DNA of 64,000 bases from a virus (lineage: Duplodnaviria > Caudoviricetes). This document shows, piece after piece, positions 41,954 to 53,247 of the stretch (the first letter of the stretch is position 1; each line of letters begins with the position of its first letter). Made by a program: the position numbers and the translations under genes. Location of the stretch: positions 31,816 through 95,815 of IMG/VR virus record IMGVR_UViG_3300032247_000689. The stretch is one strand, 5' to 3'. The notes under the pieces were generated by a model, which worked only from the letters and a program-made list of their open reading frames with translations, ran no database searches and was not told the DNA's origin.

Positions 41954-44803
41954 GTGGCCCGTAAGTTTTTAACCCCAATTGATTTAACAAAGCTTGAACT
42001 GCAAAATGCAAGAATCCAAAACCTTGCGTCTGCGCCAAGTGACCCAGTTGTAGGTCAAATCTACTTTGATACAACACTTCACTATCTTCGCACATGGAAT
42101 GGCACATCTTGGATTAACACCAGCACAGGTGCACAAGGTACCACTGGTACTCAAGGCACAACTGGTAGCCAGGGTACAACAGGCTCACAAGGCACAACTG
42201 GTACGCAAGGTACAACTGGTACCCAAGGAACAACAGGCTCACAAGGTACAACAGGAACACAGGGAACCACTGGTTCTCAAGGAACTACTGGAACACAAGG
42301 TACAACAGGTTCGCAGGGTACAACAGGTGCGCAAGGTACTGCAGGTTACATTGGTGCAGACGGAGCGCAAGGTACAACTGGTTCACAAGGAACAACAGGT
42401 AGCCAAGGTACAACAGGAACCCAAGGTACAACTGGTTCTCAAGGAGCTACTGGAAGTCAAGGTACTCAAGGAACAATTGGTTCGCAGGGTACAACAGGAA
42501 CACAGGGAACAACAGGTTCTCAAGGCACAACAGGTGCTCAGGGTACAACTGGTTCACAGGGTGTACAAGGACATAGTGACCGCTATAAGACAACATCAAA
42601 TGGTTCTTTATATATTGTCGCAAGCGGTAGCGGAAGACTTACAGTTGAAGCAGGACTTTCATATTCAGTAGGTCAAGATATTGTAGTAGCACATGATGCT
42701 ACAAACCTTATGCACGCAACAGTAACTGGGTACAACGATTACTACGGTCAACTTGATTTTGATATTAAGGATGCAGTTGGAACGGGTAATGGTCCATTTT
42801 CTTATTGGACAGTAAACCTAGACGGTGCTACAGGTGTACAGGGTACACAAGGTATCCAAGGTCACGTTGGTGATACTGGTTCACAAGGTACGCAAGGCAC
42901 AACTGGTAGCCAAGGTGTTCAAGGCTACAACGGTGCGCAGGGTACACAAGGTATTCAGGGTGTTCAAGGCACAAATGGAACACAAGGTTCAACAGGAACA
43001 CAAGGTATTCAAGGTTTACAAGGTAATACTGGTTCTCAAGGCGCAACTGGTAACACTGGTTCACAAGGTACAAACGGTGTTCAAGGATTACAAGGCGTTC
43101 AAGGTACAGATGGTCTCCAAGGCTACACTGGTGCACAAGGCACAACAGGAAGCCAAGGAACTACAGGTTCACAGGGAACCACTGGAAGCCAAGGAACTAC
43201 AGGTTCACAGGGAACACAGGGAATTCAAGGCATCCAAGGAACTGTTGGTTCACAAGGAACTACTGGTACACAAGGAACCACAGGTACGCAAGGTATTCAA
43301 GGCTTTGATGGAACTCAAGGTACGCAGGGTATTCAAGGACACTCTGACCGTTACCGTACAAGTTCTACAACATCCTTTACTATTACAAGTAACGGCTCTA
43401 CAACAATTACAGTTGAGACCGACTTAAGCTACTCTGTTGGTCAGACAATTGTTGTTGCCTATGATGCAAACAATTATGTTATTGGAACAGTTAGCTCTTA
43501 TAACTCAACTACTGGCTCCCTTACCTTTACTAACGATTCTAAAAATGGTAATGGAACTCACGCTGTTTGGTCAGTTAACCTTGATGGTGCCGTTGGTATC
43601 CAAGGTACTACAGGAGCGCAGGGAACTACTGGTTCACAAGGCACTACAGGTAGCCAAGGCACCACTGGAACTCAGGGAACTCAAGGAACAACAGGTTCAC
43701 AAGGAACGACTGGTTCACAAGGTACTCAGGGCACAACTGGTTCACAAGGAACTACTGGTACTCAGGGAACTACAGGTTCACAAGGAGTTCAAGGTCTACA
43801 AGGCGTACAAGGTGAGCAAGGCCTACAAGGTTACACAGGCGCTCAGGGTACAACAGGTAGCCAAGGTACTACTGGTACACAAGGTAATACTGGTTCACAG
43901 GGTATCCAAGGAATCCAAGGTTACACAGGTTCACAGGGTACGACTGGAACTCAAGGAATTCAAGGTTACACAGGTGCTCAAGGAACCACTGGTACACAGG
44001 GTGTACAGGGTATCCAAGGACAGAACGCTGGAATTCTAAGCGTTGGTTCTGGTCTATCACTTAGCGGTGGTGGAGAGCTTTCTGTTGATACTACAACAAT
44101 TGCCTCTAAATCTTATGTAGATTCAGTTGCTAAGGGACTCTTTGTAATCGGTTCAGTCCGAACAATGTCTAGTGCAAATGTATCTAACCTAACCTCAGTA
44201 ACCTCTGTTGGTGGAGTAACTCTCTCTAACAATGACCGTGTTCTACTTAAGAACCAGGCTACAGCTACTGAAAACGGCATCTATATCTACAACGCTTCAA
44301 CAACAACTCTTGTAAAGAGTACAAATGCTGAAGATGCAGATATTAAAGAGGGCTCGTACACATTAGCAACAGAGGGTGACCACGCTACTCAAGGTTGGAT
44401 TGTTACAGCATATGCTGCTGGAGCATCTAGTTGGACACAGTTCTCAGCCGCTGGTGAATATACCGCTGGTAACGGAATTGATATCACCGCTAATGCAATC
44501 TCTGTAAAACTTGACCCAACATTCTCTGGTCTTGCAGAAGATGGTTCTGGTCTTCGAGTTGATAAGACAAAGGTTGTTACTAAATATGCAACCACAATCA
44601 CCCCAGCATCTCCATACTCAGCTACAGAGTTCACTCTTAGCCACAACCTAGGAACCACAGACATTCAAGTGACTGTCTATGAAATTTCTAGCGCCATGGA
44701 AGTTATTACTGATGTAACTTACATTACTACTAACACAGTAACTATCGGATTTGCAGTTGCTCCTGCTCTAGGAGAGACATACCGAGTTGTGGTACACGCA
44801 TAA
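41954..44803 (+). CDS. Long collagen-like fibre protein
   Basis: Three (GTT-GSQ)n blocks separated by two homologous beta domains. Confidence 0.85.
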   Translation: MARKFLTPIDLTKLELQNARIQNLASAPSDPVVGQIYFDTTLHYLRTWNGTSWINTSTGAQGTTGTQGTTGSQGTTGSQGTTGTQGTTGTQGTTGSQGTTGTQGTTGSQGTTGTQGTTGSQGTTGAQGTAGYIGADGAQGTTGSQGTTGSQGTTGTQGTTGSQGATGSQGTQGTIGSQGTTGTQGTTGSQGTTGAQGTTGSQGVQGHSDRYKTTSNGSLYIVASGSGRLTVEAGLSYSVGQDIVVAHDATNLMHATVTGYNDYYGQLDFDIKDAVGTGNGPFSYWTVNLDGATGVQGTQGIQGHVGDTGSQGTQGTTGSQGVQGYNGAQGTQGIQGVQGTNGTQGSTGTQGIQGLQGNTGSQGATGNTGSQGTNGVQGLQGVQGTDGLQGYTGAQGTTGSQGTTGSQGTTGSQGTTGSQGTQGIQGIQGTVGSQGTTGTQGTTGTQGIQGFDGTQGTQGIQGHSDRYRTSSTTSFTITSNGSTTITVETDLSYSVGQTIVVAYDANNYVIGTVSSYNSTTGSLTFTNDSKNGNGTHAVWSVNLDGAVGIQGTTGAQGTTGSQGTTGSQGTTGTQGTQGTTGSQGTTGSQGTQGTTGSQGTTGTQGTTGSQGVQGLQGVQGEQGLQGYTGAQGTTGSQGTTGTQGNTGSQGIQGIQGYTGSQGTTGTQGIQGYTGAQGTTGTQGVQGIQGQNAGILSVGSGLSLSGGGELSVDTTTIASKSYVDSVAKGLFVIGSVRTMSSANVSNLTSVTSVGGVTLSNNDRVLLKNQATATENGIYIYNASTTTLVKSTNAEDADIKEGSYTLATEGDHATQGWIVTAYAAGASSWTQFSAAGEYTAGNGIDITANAISVKLDPTFSGLAEDGSGLRVDKTKVVTKYATTITPASPYSATEFTLSHNLGTTDIQVTVYEISSAMEVITDVTYITTNTVTIGFAVAPALGETYRVVVHA

Positions 44804-44806
44804 ACC

Positions 44807-45070
44807 ATGAGCAAAAAAGCACTGGTACCTATCAATGTACTGGCAACTCCTTCAGAGCCAACAGGACGATACAAGGGCGATGTGTATTTCAATGAGAATG
44901 CACAAAGCCTGTTCGTCTACAATGGTGGTTCGTGGATTGAGTTTGTACCAACTGTTGCTTCTGAAAATGGTGGAAGCCCAACTTCTACCTACGTAGGAAC
45001 AACAATAAATGGTGGAACTCCAACTTTAACTACTTTTGACTATGTATACGATGGAGGTACTTTCCAGTGA
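44807..45070 (+). CDS. Small fibre-associated protein
   Basis: GDVYFN...LFVYNGGSW. Confidence 0.65.
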   Translation: MSKKALVPINVLATPSEPTGRYKGDVYFNENAQSLFVYNGGSWIEFVPTVASENGGSPTSTYVGTTINGGTPTLTTFDYVYDGGTFQ

Positions 45071-46686
45071 CAGTTAAGATTCAGGTACGCAGAGGAACCG
45101 CTACCCAGTGGAATACAGCAGACCCAATACTGTCAGAGGGTGAGATTGGGTACGAAAATAACACCGACAAGTTTAAGATTGGTGATGGCGTACATCACTG
45201 GTCTAACCTTGAGTACTTCATTGATGCTGCAGGTGTTTCTAGCCTTATCTCAGGCTCTGCGCTTAACACCACAGATGACCTCACTGAAGGGGTTATAAAT
45301 AAGTACTTCACTACTCAGCGCGTAGCAACCGCCCTTAATAGTGGTACACGTAACAACATCTCATTTACATATAACTCAGGTCCAAAGACTATTGATGTAT
45401 CTGTTCCAACAGTTCAAGGAACAACAGGAACTCAAGGTACACAGGGTGTACAAGGCACTCAAGGTTACACAGGTGCTCAAGGCGCAACTGGTTTTCAAGG
45501 TGTTCAAGGTTATAACGGAGCACAAGGTACAACGGGCGCTCAAGGAACCACAGGTACACAAGGAGCTGTAGGAACACAAGGAATCCAAGGATTACAGGGC
45601 ACAACAGGAAACACTGGCGCTCAAGGTATTCAAGGAATTGTAGGTAGCCAAGGCACAACTGGCTCTACAGGTTCACAAGGAACAACTGGTTTTCAAGGTA
45701 CTCAGGGCATAACTGGTTCTCAAGGAGCTACTGGTACCCAGGGAACAACTGGAGCACAAGGTATCCAAGGAAATGCTGGAGACCATTACAGCACATCTTC
45801 TACAACATCTTTTGCGCTTTCATCAACAGGTACCACTACAATTACAGTTGCTACAGGACTTCAATATTCTGTAGGACAAAACGTAGTAGTTGCTTATGAC
45901 GCTACTCATATTGTTTATGGAACTGTAACTGCTTATACATCTGGTTCAGGTTCTTTATCCTTTACCAACGACAGAATTGTTGGCACAGGAACTTTTTCAT
46001 CTTGGTCAGTTAATTTAGATGGTGCCGTAGGTATTCAAGGAACTACAGGTGCACAGGGTGTTACTGGTACTCAGGGCGCAACTGGTACACAGGGCATCCA
46101 AGGCACCATTGGTACACAGGGAGCTACAGGCTCTACTGGTTCTCAAGGTACAACTGGTAATACTGGTGCTCAAGGTTCTACTGGTACTCAGGGTACAACT
46201 GGTACAACTGGTTCACAGGGAACTACAGGTACTCAAGGTGCTACAGGTACTCAAGGAACAACAGGTGCTCAGGGAACAACAGGTGCTCAAGGCACTACTG
46301 GTACAACTGGTTCTCAAGGCACCACTGGCGCTCAGGGAACAACAGGTACAACAGGTGCTCAGGGTGTACAGGGAACTACTGGTACTCAGGGAACTCAAGG
46401 TATTCAAGGTGGGTTTGCTTTTAACTTAGGCACAGGTGTTCAAGGGTTCTTAACTACGCCATCATCTGCAAACCTAGCAACAGCCCTTACAGATGAAACT
46501 GGTTCTGGTTCCCTTGTATTTGGCACTAGCCCAACTATCTCTAACCTAACTGCTACTGGAACGATTACCGCAGGCGGTGGAACAGGTACATCGGGGCAGG
46601 TTCTCTCCTCAACAGGCTCTGGAGTTCAATGGTCTACACCAGCTGCTGGAGCGGCGTTTAGCGAATTTATGCTGATTGGTGCCTAA
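45067..46686 (+). CDS. Collagen-like fibre with an Mtd/hyaluronidase-type N-terminal domain
   Basis: [11 protein letters not shown]...[18 protein letters not shown]; G-X-Y repeats. Confidence 0.82.
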   Translation: MTVKIQVRRGTATQWNTADPILSEGEIGYENNTDKFKIGDGVHHWSNLEYFIDAAGVSSLISGSALNTTDDLTEGVINKYFTTQRVATALNSGTRNNISFTYNSGPKTIDVSVPTVQGTTGTQGTQGVQGTQGYTGAQGATGFQGVQGYNGAQGTTGAQGTTGTQGAVGTQGIQGLQGTTGNTGAQGIQGIVGSQGTTGSTGSQGTTGFQGTQGITGSQGATGTQGTTGAQGIQGNAGDHYSTSSTTSFALSSTGTTTITVATGLQYSVGQNVVVAYDATHIVYGTVTAYTSGSGSLSFTNDRIVGTGTFSSWSVNLDGAVGIQGTTGAQGVTGTQGATGTQGIQGTIGTQGATGSTGSQGTTGNTGAQGSTGTQGTTGTTGSQGTTGTQGATGTQGTTGAQGTTGAQGTTGTTGSQGTTGAQGTTGTTGAQGVQGTTGTQGTQGIQGGFAFNLGTGVQGFLTTPSSANLATALTDETGSGSLVFGTSPTISNLTATGTITAGGGTGTSGQVLSSTGSGVQWSTPAAGAAFSEFMLIGA

Positions 46687-46705
46687 CTAACGCTACACTT
46701 CTTCT

Positions 46706-47704
46706 ATGAATCTGGTCCAACAGTCGGTGCAACAAGGCGGTAAATTACGACCGCTTATTATTCCTGCGGAGATAACTAACGGCACAGGGTTGATGAACCC
46801 GTCCATCTTTATTGATGATGACGGGGACATCCTTTGCATCTTGCGCCATATCAACTACACGCTCTATCACGCGGAAAATAATCAACGGTTTCCTAGTATT
46901 TGGGGCCCGCTCTCTTATCTACATCCAGAAGAAGACCAGCGCTTAGTAACAGACAACTATCTTCTGCGCCTTGATAAAGACCTTAACATTACTGACTACT
47001 GCTCTATCGACACCAGTAAGTTAGACGTTACCCCCATCTGGACCTTTGTAGGTTTAGAGGATGCGCGCCTTGTTAAATGGGGCAAAAAGTATTACGGCAC
47101 AGGCGTTCGTAGAGATACCACTACCAACGGTCAAGGCCGTATGGAGCTTTCAGAGCTAAAGATAGATAAGAAGAAGTGGACCGCTAAAGAGGTCAAGCGC
47201 ACACGCATACCAGCGCCTATTGATGAGAGCTCATACTGTGAGAAGAACTGGATGCCTGTTATTGATAAAGACTTTCATTATATTAAATGGACCTCTCCTA
47301 CAGAGCTAGTCAAAGCTAGCCCAAGTGAATCTAAGTGTGAACAAGTTGTTTTAAATCCAGGAAAAGTAGTTAATGCTGACCAACGTGGCGGCTCACAACT
47401 TGTGCGATGGGGTAATTACTACATCGCTATTACCCACGAGGTTGTCCTCTTTAAGAACTATCTTAAACAGAAGAACGGAACTTACCGCCATCGCCTATGC
47501 GTGTGGGACACTGACTTTAATCTTATCGGAGTATCCCCAGAGTCTTGGTCGTTTTTAGATGGACAAATTGAATTTGCCGCTGGTGCAGCGGTGTTAGATA
47601 ACAATTTACTTATTAGTTTTGGGTTTCAAGATAATGCGGCTTTTATCTTAGAGGTGCCCGCTACAGTTGTTTATAACATGATTGTAGAGGCGCTCAATGT
47701 ATAA
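46706..47704 (+). CDS. Five-bladed beta-propeller glycoside hydrolase/phosphorylase-like protein (GH130-like)
   Basis: NPSI, GLEDARL, EKNWMP, RGG, IEFAAG; leaderless TACACT-N6-ATG. Confidence 0.7.
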   Translation: MNLVQQSVQQGGKLRPLIIPAEITNGTGLMNPSIFIDDDGDILCILRHINYTLYHAENNQRFPSIWGPLSYLHPEEDQRLVTDNYLLRLDKDLNITDYCSIDTSKLDVTPIWTFVGLEDARLVKWGKKYYGTGVRRDTTTNGQGRMELSELKIDKKKWTAKEVKRTRIPAPIDESSYCEKNWMPVIDKDFHYIKWTSPTELVKASPSESKCEQVVLNPGKVVNADQRGGSQLVRWGNYYIAITHEVVLFKNYLKQKNGTYRHRLCVWDTDFNLIGVSPESWSFLDGQIEFAAGAAVLDNNLLISFGFQDNAAFILEVPATVVYNMIVEALNV

Positions 47705-48971
47705 CCGCATTAACAGCCTTATCATCACCTTATCTAATGACCCTTTTAACCCTGTGCTCAGCCTTAATATTGCTACTGAGTACGAGAACATTGGTCAAAC
47801 CGCATCGGCAGTATCTTTCTATCTAAGAACTGCTGAGTATGGTTATTACTCACACCCAGAGTATGTATACGCATCATTATTAAAATCAGCTCATTGCTTC
47901 TCTAGCCAGAAGAACCGTGAGAACACCGTAGTTAATCTTTATCTTAAAGCTATTGCCTACCTTCCTTCACGCCCTGAGGCTTGGTTCCTCCTTGCTCGTT
48001 GGTATGAGCGCAATCAAAAGTGGCAAGAGGCCTACACCATGGCTGAGGTTGGGTTATCTTTTGGGCATTTAAAGTCTGGCCCCCTTCCTGTATGGGTTGA
48101 CTATCCAGGAGAGTATGGTTTGCGCTTTGAGAAGGCGGTAAGTGGTTGGTGGGTAGGTCGTAAAGATGAAGCCATCAATATAATGAAAGAGCTTTTACAA
48201 GAAGATATCCACTATATCTATAGAACTGCTATCCATAATAACCTTAATATGATTGATGACACGCCAGGTTATATTGACCCATTAGAGCCTGTAGTAACAA
48301 ACTACCGTAAGTATTTTGGCGCCAAAGCTCTGCTTATCATTGATATTGGAACTAGAGATGGAGATGACGCTTTCTATCTTTACAAAGAACTACAGGGCAG
48401 CAAGGTAATAGCCGTAGACGCTAACCCTAAGTGTTTCCAGATAACAAAGAATAAATACCCATGGATGCATACATACCAGTGCGCAATTACAGATAAAGAT
48501 GGTGAGAGCAACTTTACTCAAGTAATAGATGACAATATAGAGGTGCTGGGAACATCCTCTATCTTTAATAAAGATACATCTATTGACCCGCCCGCCTCTT
48601 ACTTTGAAGGTAAGACTCGTGAGATTACAGTCCCTACCAGCCGCCTAGATACACTTCTATTAAAGACTGAAGACGCGGGAACTATTGATGTGGTTAAGAT
48701 TGACACCGAGGGGTACAGCTGGCAAGTCCTTCAGGGCTTTGGTGAGCGCCTTAAGGATGTAAGGATTCTTCATATAGAGACTGAGAACTACCAACTTCAC
48801 CCAGACCATGTGACAGGGGATAAGGTAGCTGACTTCATGCGCACCCATGGGTTTGTGTTGGTAGACACATCTCACGAATGGGGCGGTAAAATGGAAGACC
48901 AGATATGGGTAAACCCAGCCCTAGCCCTAAGAAACAAAGAATGTTTTACCCCTACACCAGAAGCGTTATAG
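47697..48971 (+). CDS. TPR + FkbM-family methyltransferase fusion
   Basis: PSRPEAW TPR; IIDIGT, IDVVKIDTEG, IETE. Confidence 0.78.
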   Translation: MYNRINSLIITLSNDPFNPVLSLNIATEYENIGQTASAVSFYLRTAEYGYYSHPEYVYASLLKSAHCFSSQKNRENTVVNLYLKAIAYLPSRPEAWFLLARWYERNQKWQEAYTMAEVGLSFGHLKSGPLPVWVDYPGEYGLRFEKAVSGWWVGRKDEAINIMKELLQEDIHYIYRTAIHNNLNMIDDTPGYIDPLEPVVTNYRKYFGAKALLIIDIGTRDGDDAFYLYKELQGSKVIAVDANPKCFQITKNKYPWMHTYQCAITDKDGESNFTQVIDDNIEVLGTSSIFNKDTSIDPPASYFEGKTREITVPTSRLDTLLLKTEDAGTIDVVKIDTEGYSWQVLQGFGERLKDVRILHIETENYQLHPDHVTGDKVADFMRTHGFVLVDTSHEWGGKMEDQIWVNPALALRNKECFTPTPEAL

Positions 48972-49007
48972 GGCATAATTTAACCACCACCTTATCAAGG
49001 AGTCTTA

Positions 49008-49370
49008 ATGGCAACAACATACAAAGTCTTGGCTCAGACAGGTTCGTCTGGCAGTACAGGTAACGGTTCAGCAACCCTGACCGCGACTACCAATACCAAC
49101 CTCTACACAGTGCCTTCATCTACATCTACTGTAGTTTCTACAATCACTGTCTGTAACCAGGCTTCTACAGCAGGCACTTTCCGTATCGCTGTACGTCCTT
49201 CTGGCGCATCAATTGCGGCCCAGCACTACGTTGCATACGACACACCAATCGCTGCTAATGACACAATTGCTTTGACTCTTGGAATCACTTTGGCTACTAC
49301 AGACATCATCACTGTCTATGCATCAGCAGCCACAATGTCATTTACAGCATTCGGTTCTGAAATAGCATAA
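49008..49370 (+). CDS. Virion structural protein
   Basis: YKVLAQ...LYTVPSST...FTAFGSEI family. Confidence 0.7.
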   Translation: MATTYKVLAQTGSSGSTGNGSATLTATTNTNLYTVPSSTSTVVSTITVCNQASTAGTFRIAVRPSGASIAAQHYVAYDTPIAANDTIALTLGITLATTDIITVYASAATMSFTAFGSEIA

Positions 49371-49382
49371 GGGGACTAACTC

Positions 49383-49970
49383 ATGGCAGTTAGTCGTCTC
49401 TCTCAACAGAGTATCCAGCAGTCATTTCCAAAAGGTAATACCGTTTGGGATGGCACTACTAATACTTCTTCTTTTGATAGTTTGGGTACAGTGCTTTTAT
49501 CTTCTACTTCTGGGGTTTCTTTTACAAATATTCCGCAAACATACACGCATCTTCAAATTCGTGCATTAGTGCGTACTAGCAGAAGTGATGCAACTACTGA
49601 TGTTTTAACATTTACTTTTAATGGAGATGGTGCAAATAACTATGCAACTCATGGATTAATAGGTAATGGAACTTCTGCTAGTGCTTATGGGTATACACCT
49701 TACGCTACCCCAATTTACTTAGATGGACTTCCTAGTTCTACTGCTACCGCAAATACATTTGGTACAGGAGTTATAGATATTTTAGACTATACAAATACAA
49801 ACAAATATAAAACTGTAAGAGCCCTTGGTGGAGCAGATTATAACGGTTCGGGTCAAGTTAGACTAGTTTCAGGAGTTTGGCTTAATACTGCTGCTGTAAC
49901 TTCCATAACATTTGGTTCTGTTGGAAGTTATCTTGCCAACTCATCATTTGCACTGTATGGGATTAAATAA
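49383..49970 (+). CDS. Virion protein, paralog 1 (NIPQTYTHL...LYGIK domain)
   Basis: Domain shared with five neighbouring genes. Confidence 0.75.
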   Translation: MAVSRLSQQSIQQSFPKGNTVWDGTTNTSSFDSLGTVLLSSTSGVSFTNIPQTYTHLQIRALVRTSRSDATTDVLTFTFNGDGANNYATHGLIGNGTSASAYGYTPYATPIYLDGLPSSTATANTFGTGVIDILDYTNTNKYKTVRALGGADYNGSGQVRLVSGVWLNTAAVTSITFGSVGSYLANSSFALYGIK

Positions 49971-51323
49971 ATGGCTACATATAAACCACTACAATCAGTA
50001 GTCTTAACTGCTGCTACTTCTAAAGTTACATTATCTGGAATTGACCAAAACTATACTGATTTAGTATTAGTAGTAAGTGGGCAGTCAGATACTGCAGGAA
50101 ATTTACGACTTACTTTTAATGATGATTCTAGTTCAACTAACTACTCTTACACATTTCTTGATGGAGATGGAACTTCGGCTACTTCATCTAGGGCATCTAG
50201 TCAATCATTTGCAACAGGTGGTTATATACCTACAGCCAACTTTGATATTTGTAAAATAGATATTAATAGTTATTCAAATAGCAATACTTATAAAACAATT
50301 GTTGCTAGAGCAGCCGCACCAAATAGAGGTCTTTCTTCCGCTATTGTAAGCGGTTGGAGAAATGTTGCAGCAATAACTTCTATTTCTTTTGAAGTGTACG
50401 GAAGCGGTTCTTACAGAAACTGGCAACCAGGAACAACTATCTCTCTATACGGCATTAAATCAGGTGCTCCACAAGCACTTGGTGGTGATGTAGTTGTTAC
50501 TGATGGTACTTACTGGTACCACGCATTTAAGAGCACAGGAACATTTACTCCACTTAAAACTTTATCTGCTGATGTCCTTGTAGTTGCAGGAGGAGGGTCA
50601 GGTGGTTATACCTACGGTGGCGGTGGTGGTGCTGGTGGACTTATATACACACCAGCAAATTCACTCACAGCAACTGGTTATTCAGTAACAGTTGGAGCAG
50701 GTGGTGCTGGTGTAACTTCTAACATAGTTTCTAATGCTGGAAATAATTCAACATTTAATTCATTGACAGCCATTGGTGGCGGCGGTGGTGGGCGTCAAAC
50801 ATCTCCATTTACTGGTTTCTCAGGCGGTTCTGGCGGTGGTGCAGGAGGCGGAAGCGGTAGCACTGGAAGTTTTGCTGGTGGTAGCGCTACTACGGGTCAA
50901 GGTAACGCTGGTGGTACAGGAACTGGAACAGGAAACACAATTACATTCGCAGCATCAGGCGGTGGTGGAGCAGGCTCTGCTGGTGTAGGTAACTCTGGAA
51001 ACGCTGCAGGAAATGGCGGAGCAGGTATCAATACTTATTCTTCTTGGGCGACGATTACTTCTACAGGTGTTAGCGGTTACTACGCAGGTGGTGGTGGTGG
51101 TGGAACAGGCGATTTAGCAGGAGCAACAAGAGCATCAGGTGGTGCTGGCGGTGGTGGTGCAGGAGAAGTTGCATATCAAAGCGGTTCTGATTCTATCGCT
51201 GGAACTGCTAACACAGGCGGCGGTGGTGGTGGCGGTTCATACGCAACTGGTTCTGGTGGAGGCAATACTGGCGGGGGTAAGGCAGGCGGTTCAGGTATCG
51301 TAATTGTGAGGTATGCAGTATGA
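49971..51323 (+). CDS. Virion protein, paralog 2 + Gly-rich domain
   Basis: Shared domain + LVVAGGG...GGSGIVIVRY. Confidence 0.78.
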   Translation: MATYKPLQSVVLTAATSKVTLSGIDQNYTDLVLVVSGQSDTAGNLRLTFNDDSSSTNYSYTFLDGDGTSATSSRASSQSFATGGYIPTANFDICKIDINSYSNSNTYKTIVARAAAPNRGLSSAIVSGWRNVAAITSISFEVYGSGSYRNWQPGTTISLYGIKSGAPQALGGDVVVTDGTYWYHAFKSTGTFTPLKTLSADVLVVAGGGSGGYTYGGGGGAGGLIYTPANSLTATGYSVTVGAGGAGVTSNIVSNAGNNSTFNSLTAIGGGGGGRQTSPFTGFSGGSGGGAGGGSGSTGSFAGGSATTGQGNAGGTGTGTGNTITFAASGGGGAGSAGVGNSGNAAGNGGAGINTYSSWATITSTGVSGYYAGGGGGGTGDLAGATRASGGAGGGGAGEVAYQSGSDSIAGTANTGGGGGGGSYATGSGGGNTGGGKAGGSGIVIVRYAV

Positions 51324-52684
51324 GTCTAGAGACAATGACAAAACTTGCTTCAACTACTTTAGGAAGTTCTCAATCATCTGTAACTTTTTCTAACATACCA
51401 CAAGGATATACAGACTTAAAATTAGAGTTTTCTATTCGCACAGATAAAGTAGCAGTTAACGAAAACGTGTTTTTATCTTTTAATGGTTCTACATCTAATT
51501 TTTCTGCGGTATGGACTTATGGAGGTGGTGGAAGCGGTGTTGGAAATAGTACAACTAGTCGTATTGCAGGTTTTGGAACAGGTAGTTCAGCAACTGCCTC
51601 AACGTTTGGTTCTTCTGGTATTTACATTTTTAATTATTCTAATTCAACTTACAAGTCATATTCGGGTGAAGCAACTCTTGAAACAAACGCAAGTACAGCC
51701 TATGACGGACTTATTACGGGATTGTGGTCAAACTCAGCTCCCATTACAAGCATTACCTTAACCCCAGAAACTGGTCCAAATTTTGTTCAAAACTCTACCT
51801 TTACTCTATACGGAATTAAAAATGCCGCCCAAACAGCAGGTAACTCAATCAAAGCAACTGGTGGAAACATAGTATTTGATGGTACTTATGTTTACCACAT
51901 TTTTAACGCTACTGGAACGTTTACTCCTACTCAACCTATTATTGCTGACTACCTTGTAGTAGCAGGTGGCGGTGGCGGTGGCGGTCAAGCAAACGACAAT
52001 ACTTCAGGTGGTGGCGGCGGCGGCGCTGGAGGTCTTCGCTCAACAGTTGGGGCAACAGGCGGTGGTGGTTCTCTTGAATCAGCATTATCCCTTTTAGCAA
52101 CATCTTATGCAGTAACTGTAGGCGCTGGTGGGTCGGGTGGAACTTCTAACCGTGGAACAAATGGAAGTGACTCATCTTTTTCCACACTGACGTCTACTGG
52201 TGGTGGTGCAGGTGGCGGAAAAACAAATACATTAGGTAATACTGGCGGTTCGGGTGGCGGTTCCGCTTATCCAAATACATCTGCAGCAACTGGTACTACA
52301 AATCAAGGTTATGCAGGTGGCGCAAACAATGGCGCAAACGGCTGTGGCGGTGGTGGCGGTGGTGCTGGTCAAGCAGGACAAATTAACCCAGCCTCTGCTG
52401 GTGGTTACGGTGGTTCAGGTGTAGCAATTTCTGCTTTTGCAACTCCAACTGGAACTGGCGTAAGTACATATTACGCAGGTGGTGGTGGTGGTGGTTCTTA
52501 TGCTGCTGCAGGACAAACTGGCGGCGCAGGTGGTGCAGGCGGTGGTGGAATTGGCGCAACTGGAGTAGGCGGAATTGGTACAGCAGGAACAGCAAACACA
52601 GGTGGCGGTGGCGGTGGCACATCAGAAACTAGAACTGGTGGCGCTGGTGGTTCTGGCGTAGTTATCATTAGGTATAAAGGATAA
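51320..52684 (+). CDS. Virion protein, paralog 3 + Gly-rich domain
   Basis: Same architecture as paralog 2. Confidence 0.78.
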   Translation: MSLETMTKLASTTLGSSQSSVTFSNIPQGYTDLKLEFSIRTDKVAVNENVFLSFNGSTSNFSAVWTYGGGGSGVGNSTTSRIAGFGTGSSATASTFGSSGIYIFNYSNSTYKSYSGEATLETNASTAYDGLITGLWSNSAPITSITLTPETGPNFVQNSTFTLYGIKNAAQTAGNSIKATGGNIVFDGTYVYHIFNATGTFTPTQPIIADYLVVAGGGGGGGQANDNTSGGGGGGAGGLRSTVGATGGGGSLESALSLLATSYAVTVGAGGSGGTSNRGTNGSDSSFSTLTSTGGGAGGGKTNTLGNTGGSGGGSAYPNTSAATGTTNQGYAGGANNGANGCGGGGGGAGQAGQINPASAGGYGGSGVAISAFATPTGTGVSTYYAGGGGGGSYAAAGQTGGAGGAGGGGIGATGVGGIGTAGTANTGGGGGGTSETRTGGAGGSGVVIIRYKG

Positions 52685-52692
52685 AGGAACTC

Positions 52693-52866
52693 ATGGCACA
52701 AGATAAAACTACAAACTGCTATACTTATGAGGTAACCATGCTTCTTCAAGTTCTAGCAGAAGATGAAGAAGGCGCCAGAAATAAGTTAGATAAAGATGGC
52801 GGATACATTACCAAGCGTGAGGTATCTTTAAAGGATACTATTTCACTATATAGTGGATTGAACTAA
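52693..52866 (+). CDS. Hypothetical 57-aa protein (not in the ORF track)
   Basis: SD AAGGA; MAQDKTTNCYTYEVTM. Confidence 0.55.
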   Translation: MAQDKTTNCYTYEVTMLLQVLAEDEEGARNKLDKDGGYITKREVSLKDTISLYSGLN

Positions 52867-52875
52867 GGAGAAACA

Positions 52876-53247
52876 ATGGCTCATTGGGCAGAAGTAGATA
52901 GTGACAATATCGTCACTCGTGTACTTGTCGTTGCTGACGATAAGGAAGACGGTCAGAAGTTCCTAGCTGAGGACTTAGGTCTTGGCGGCACATGGAAGAA
53001 GACCTCATACAACACTATCGGTGGTGTACACACTCTTGGTGGTACTCCATTCCGTAAGAACTTTGCTGGGGTCGGATTTTCATACGATGCCGCTAAGGAT
53101 GCGTTCATTCCACCAAAGCCATTTGCTTCATGGACATTGAACGCAACATCATGCCTTTGGGAGGCGCCAACACCAATGCCTGTTGTAGAAGGAAAGTTCT
53201 ACACATGGGACGAAGCAACAACTTCATGGAAGGAAGTAACTGAATAA
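52876..53247 (+). CDS. Fibre-associated protein (MAHWAE...RKNFAGVG.SYD...FIPPKP)
   Basis: Family usually found next to Gly-rich fibre genes. Confidence 0.75.
   Translation: MAHWAEVDSDNIVTRVLVVADDKEDGQKFLAEDLGLGGTWKKTSYNTIGGVHTLGGTPFRKNFAGVGFSYDAAKDAFIPPKPFASWTLNATSCLWEAPTPMPVVEGKFYTWDEATTSWKEVTE

Noticed and set aside
41184-46429. Multiple alternative-frame ORFs (VHKVQLV... repeats)
   Set aside because: Frame shadows of the collagen G-X-Y codon repeats.
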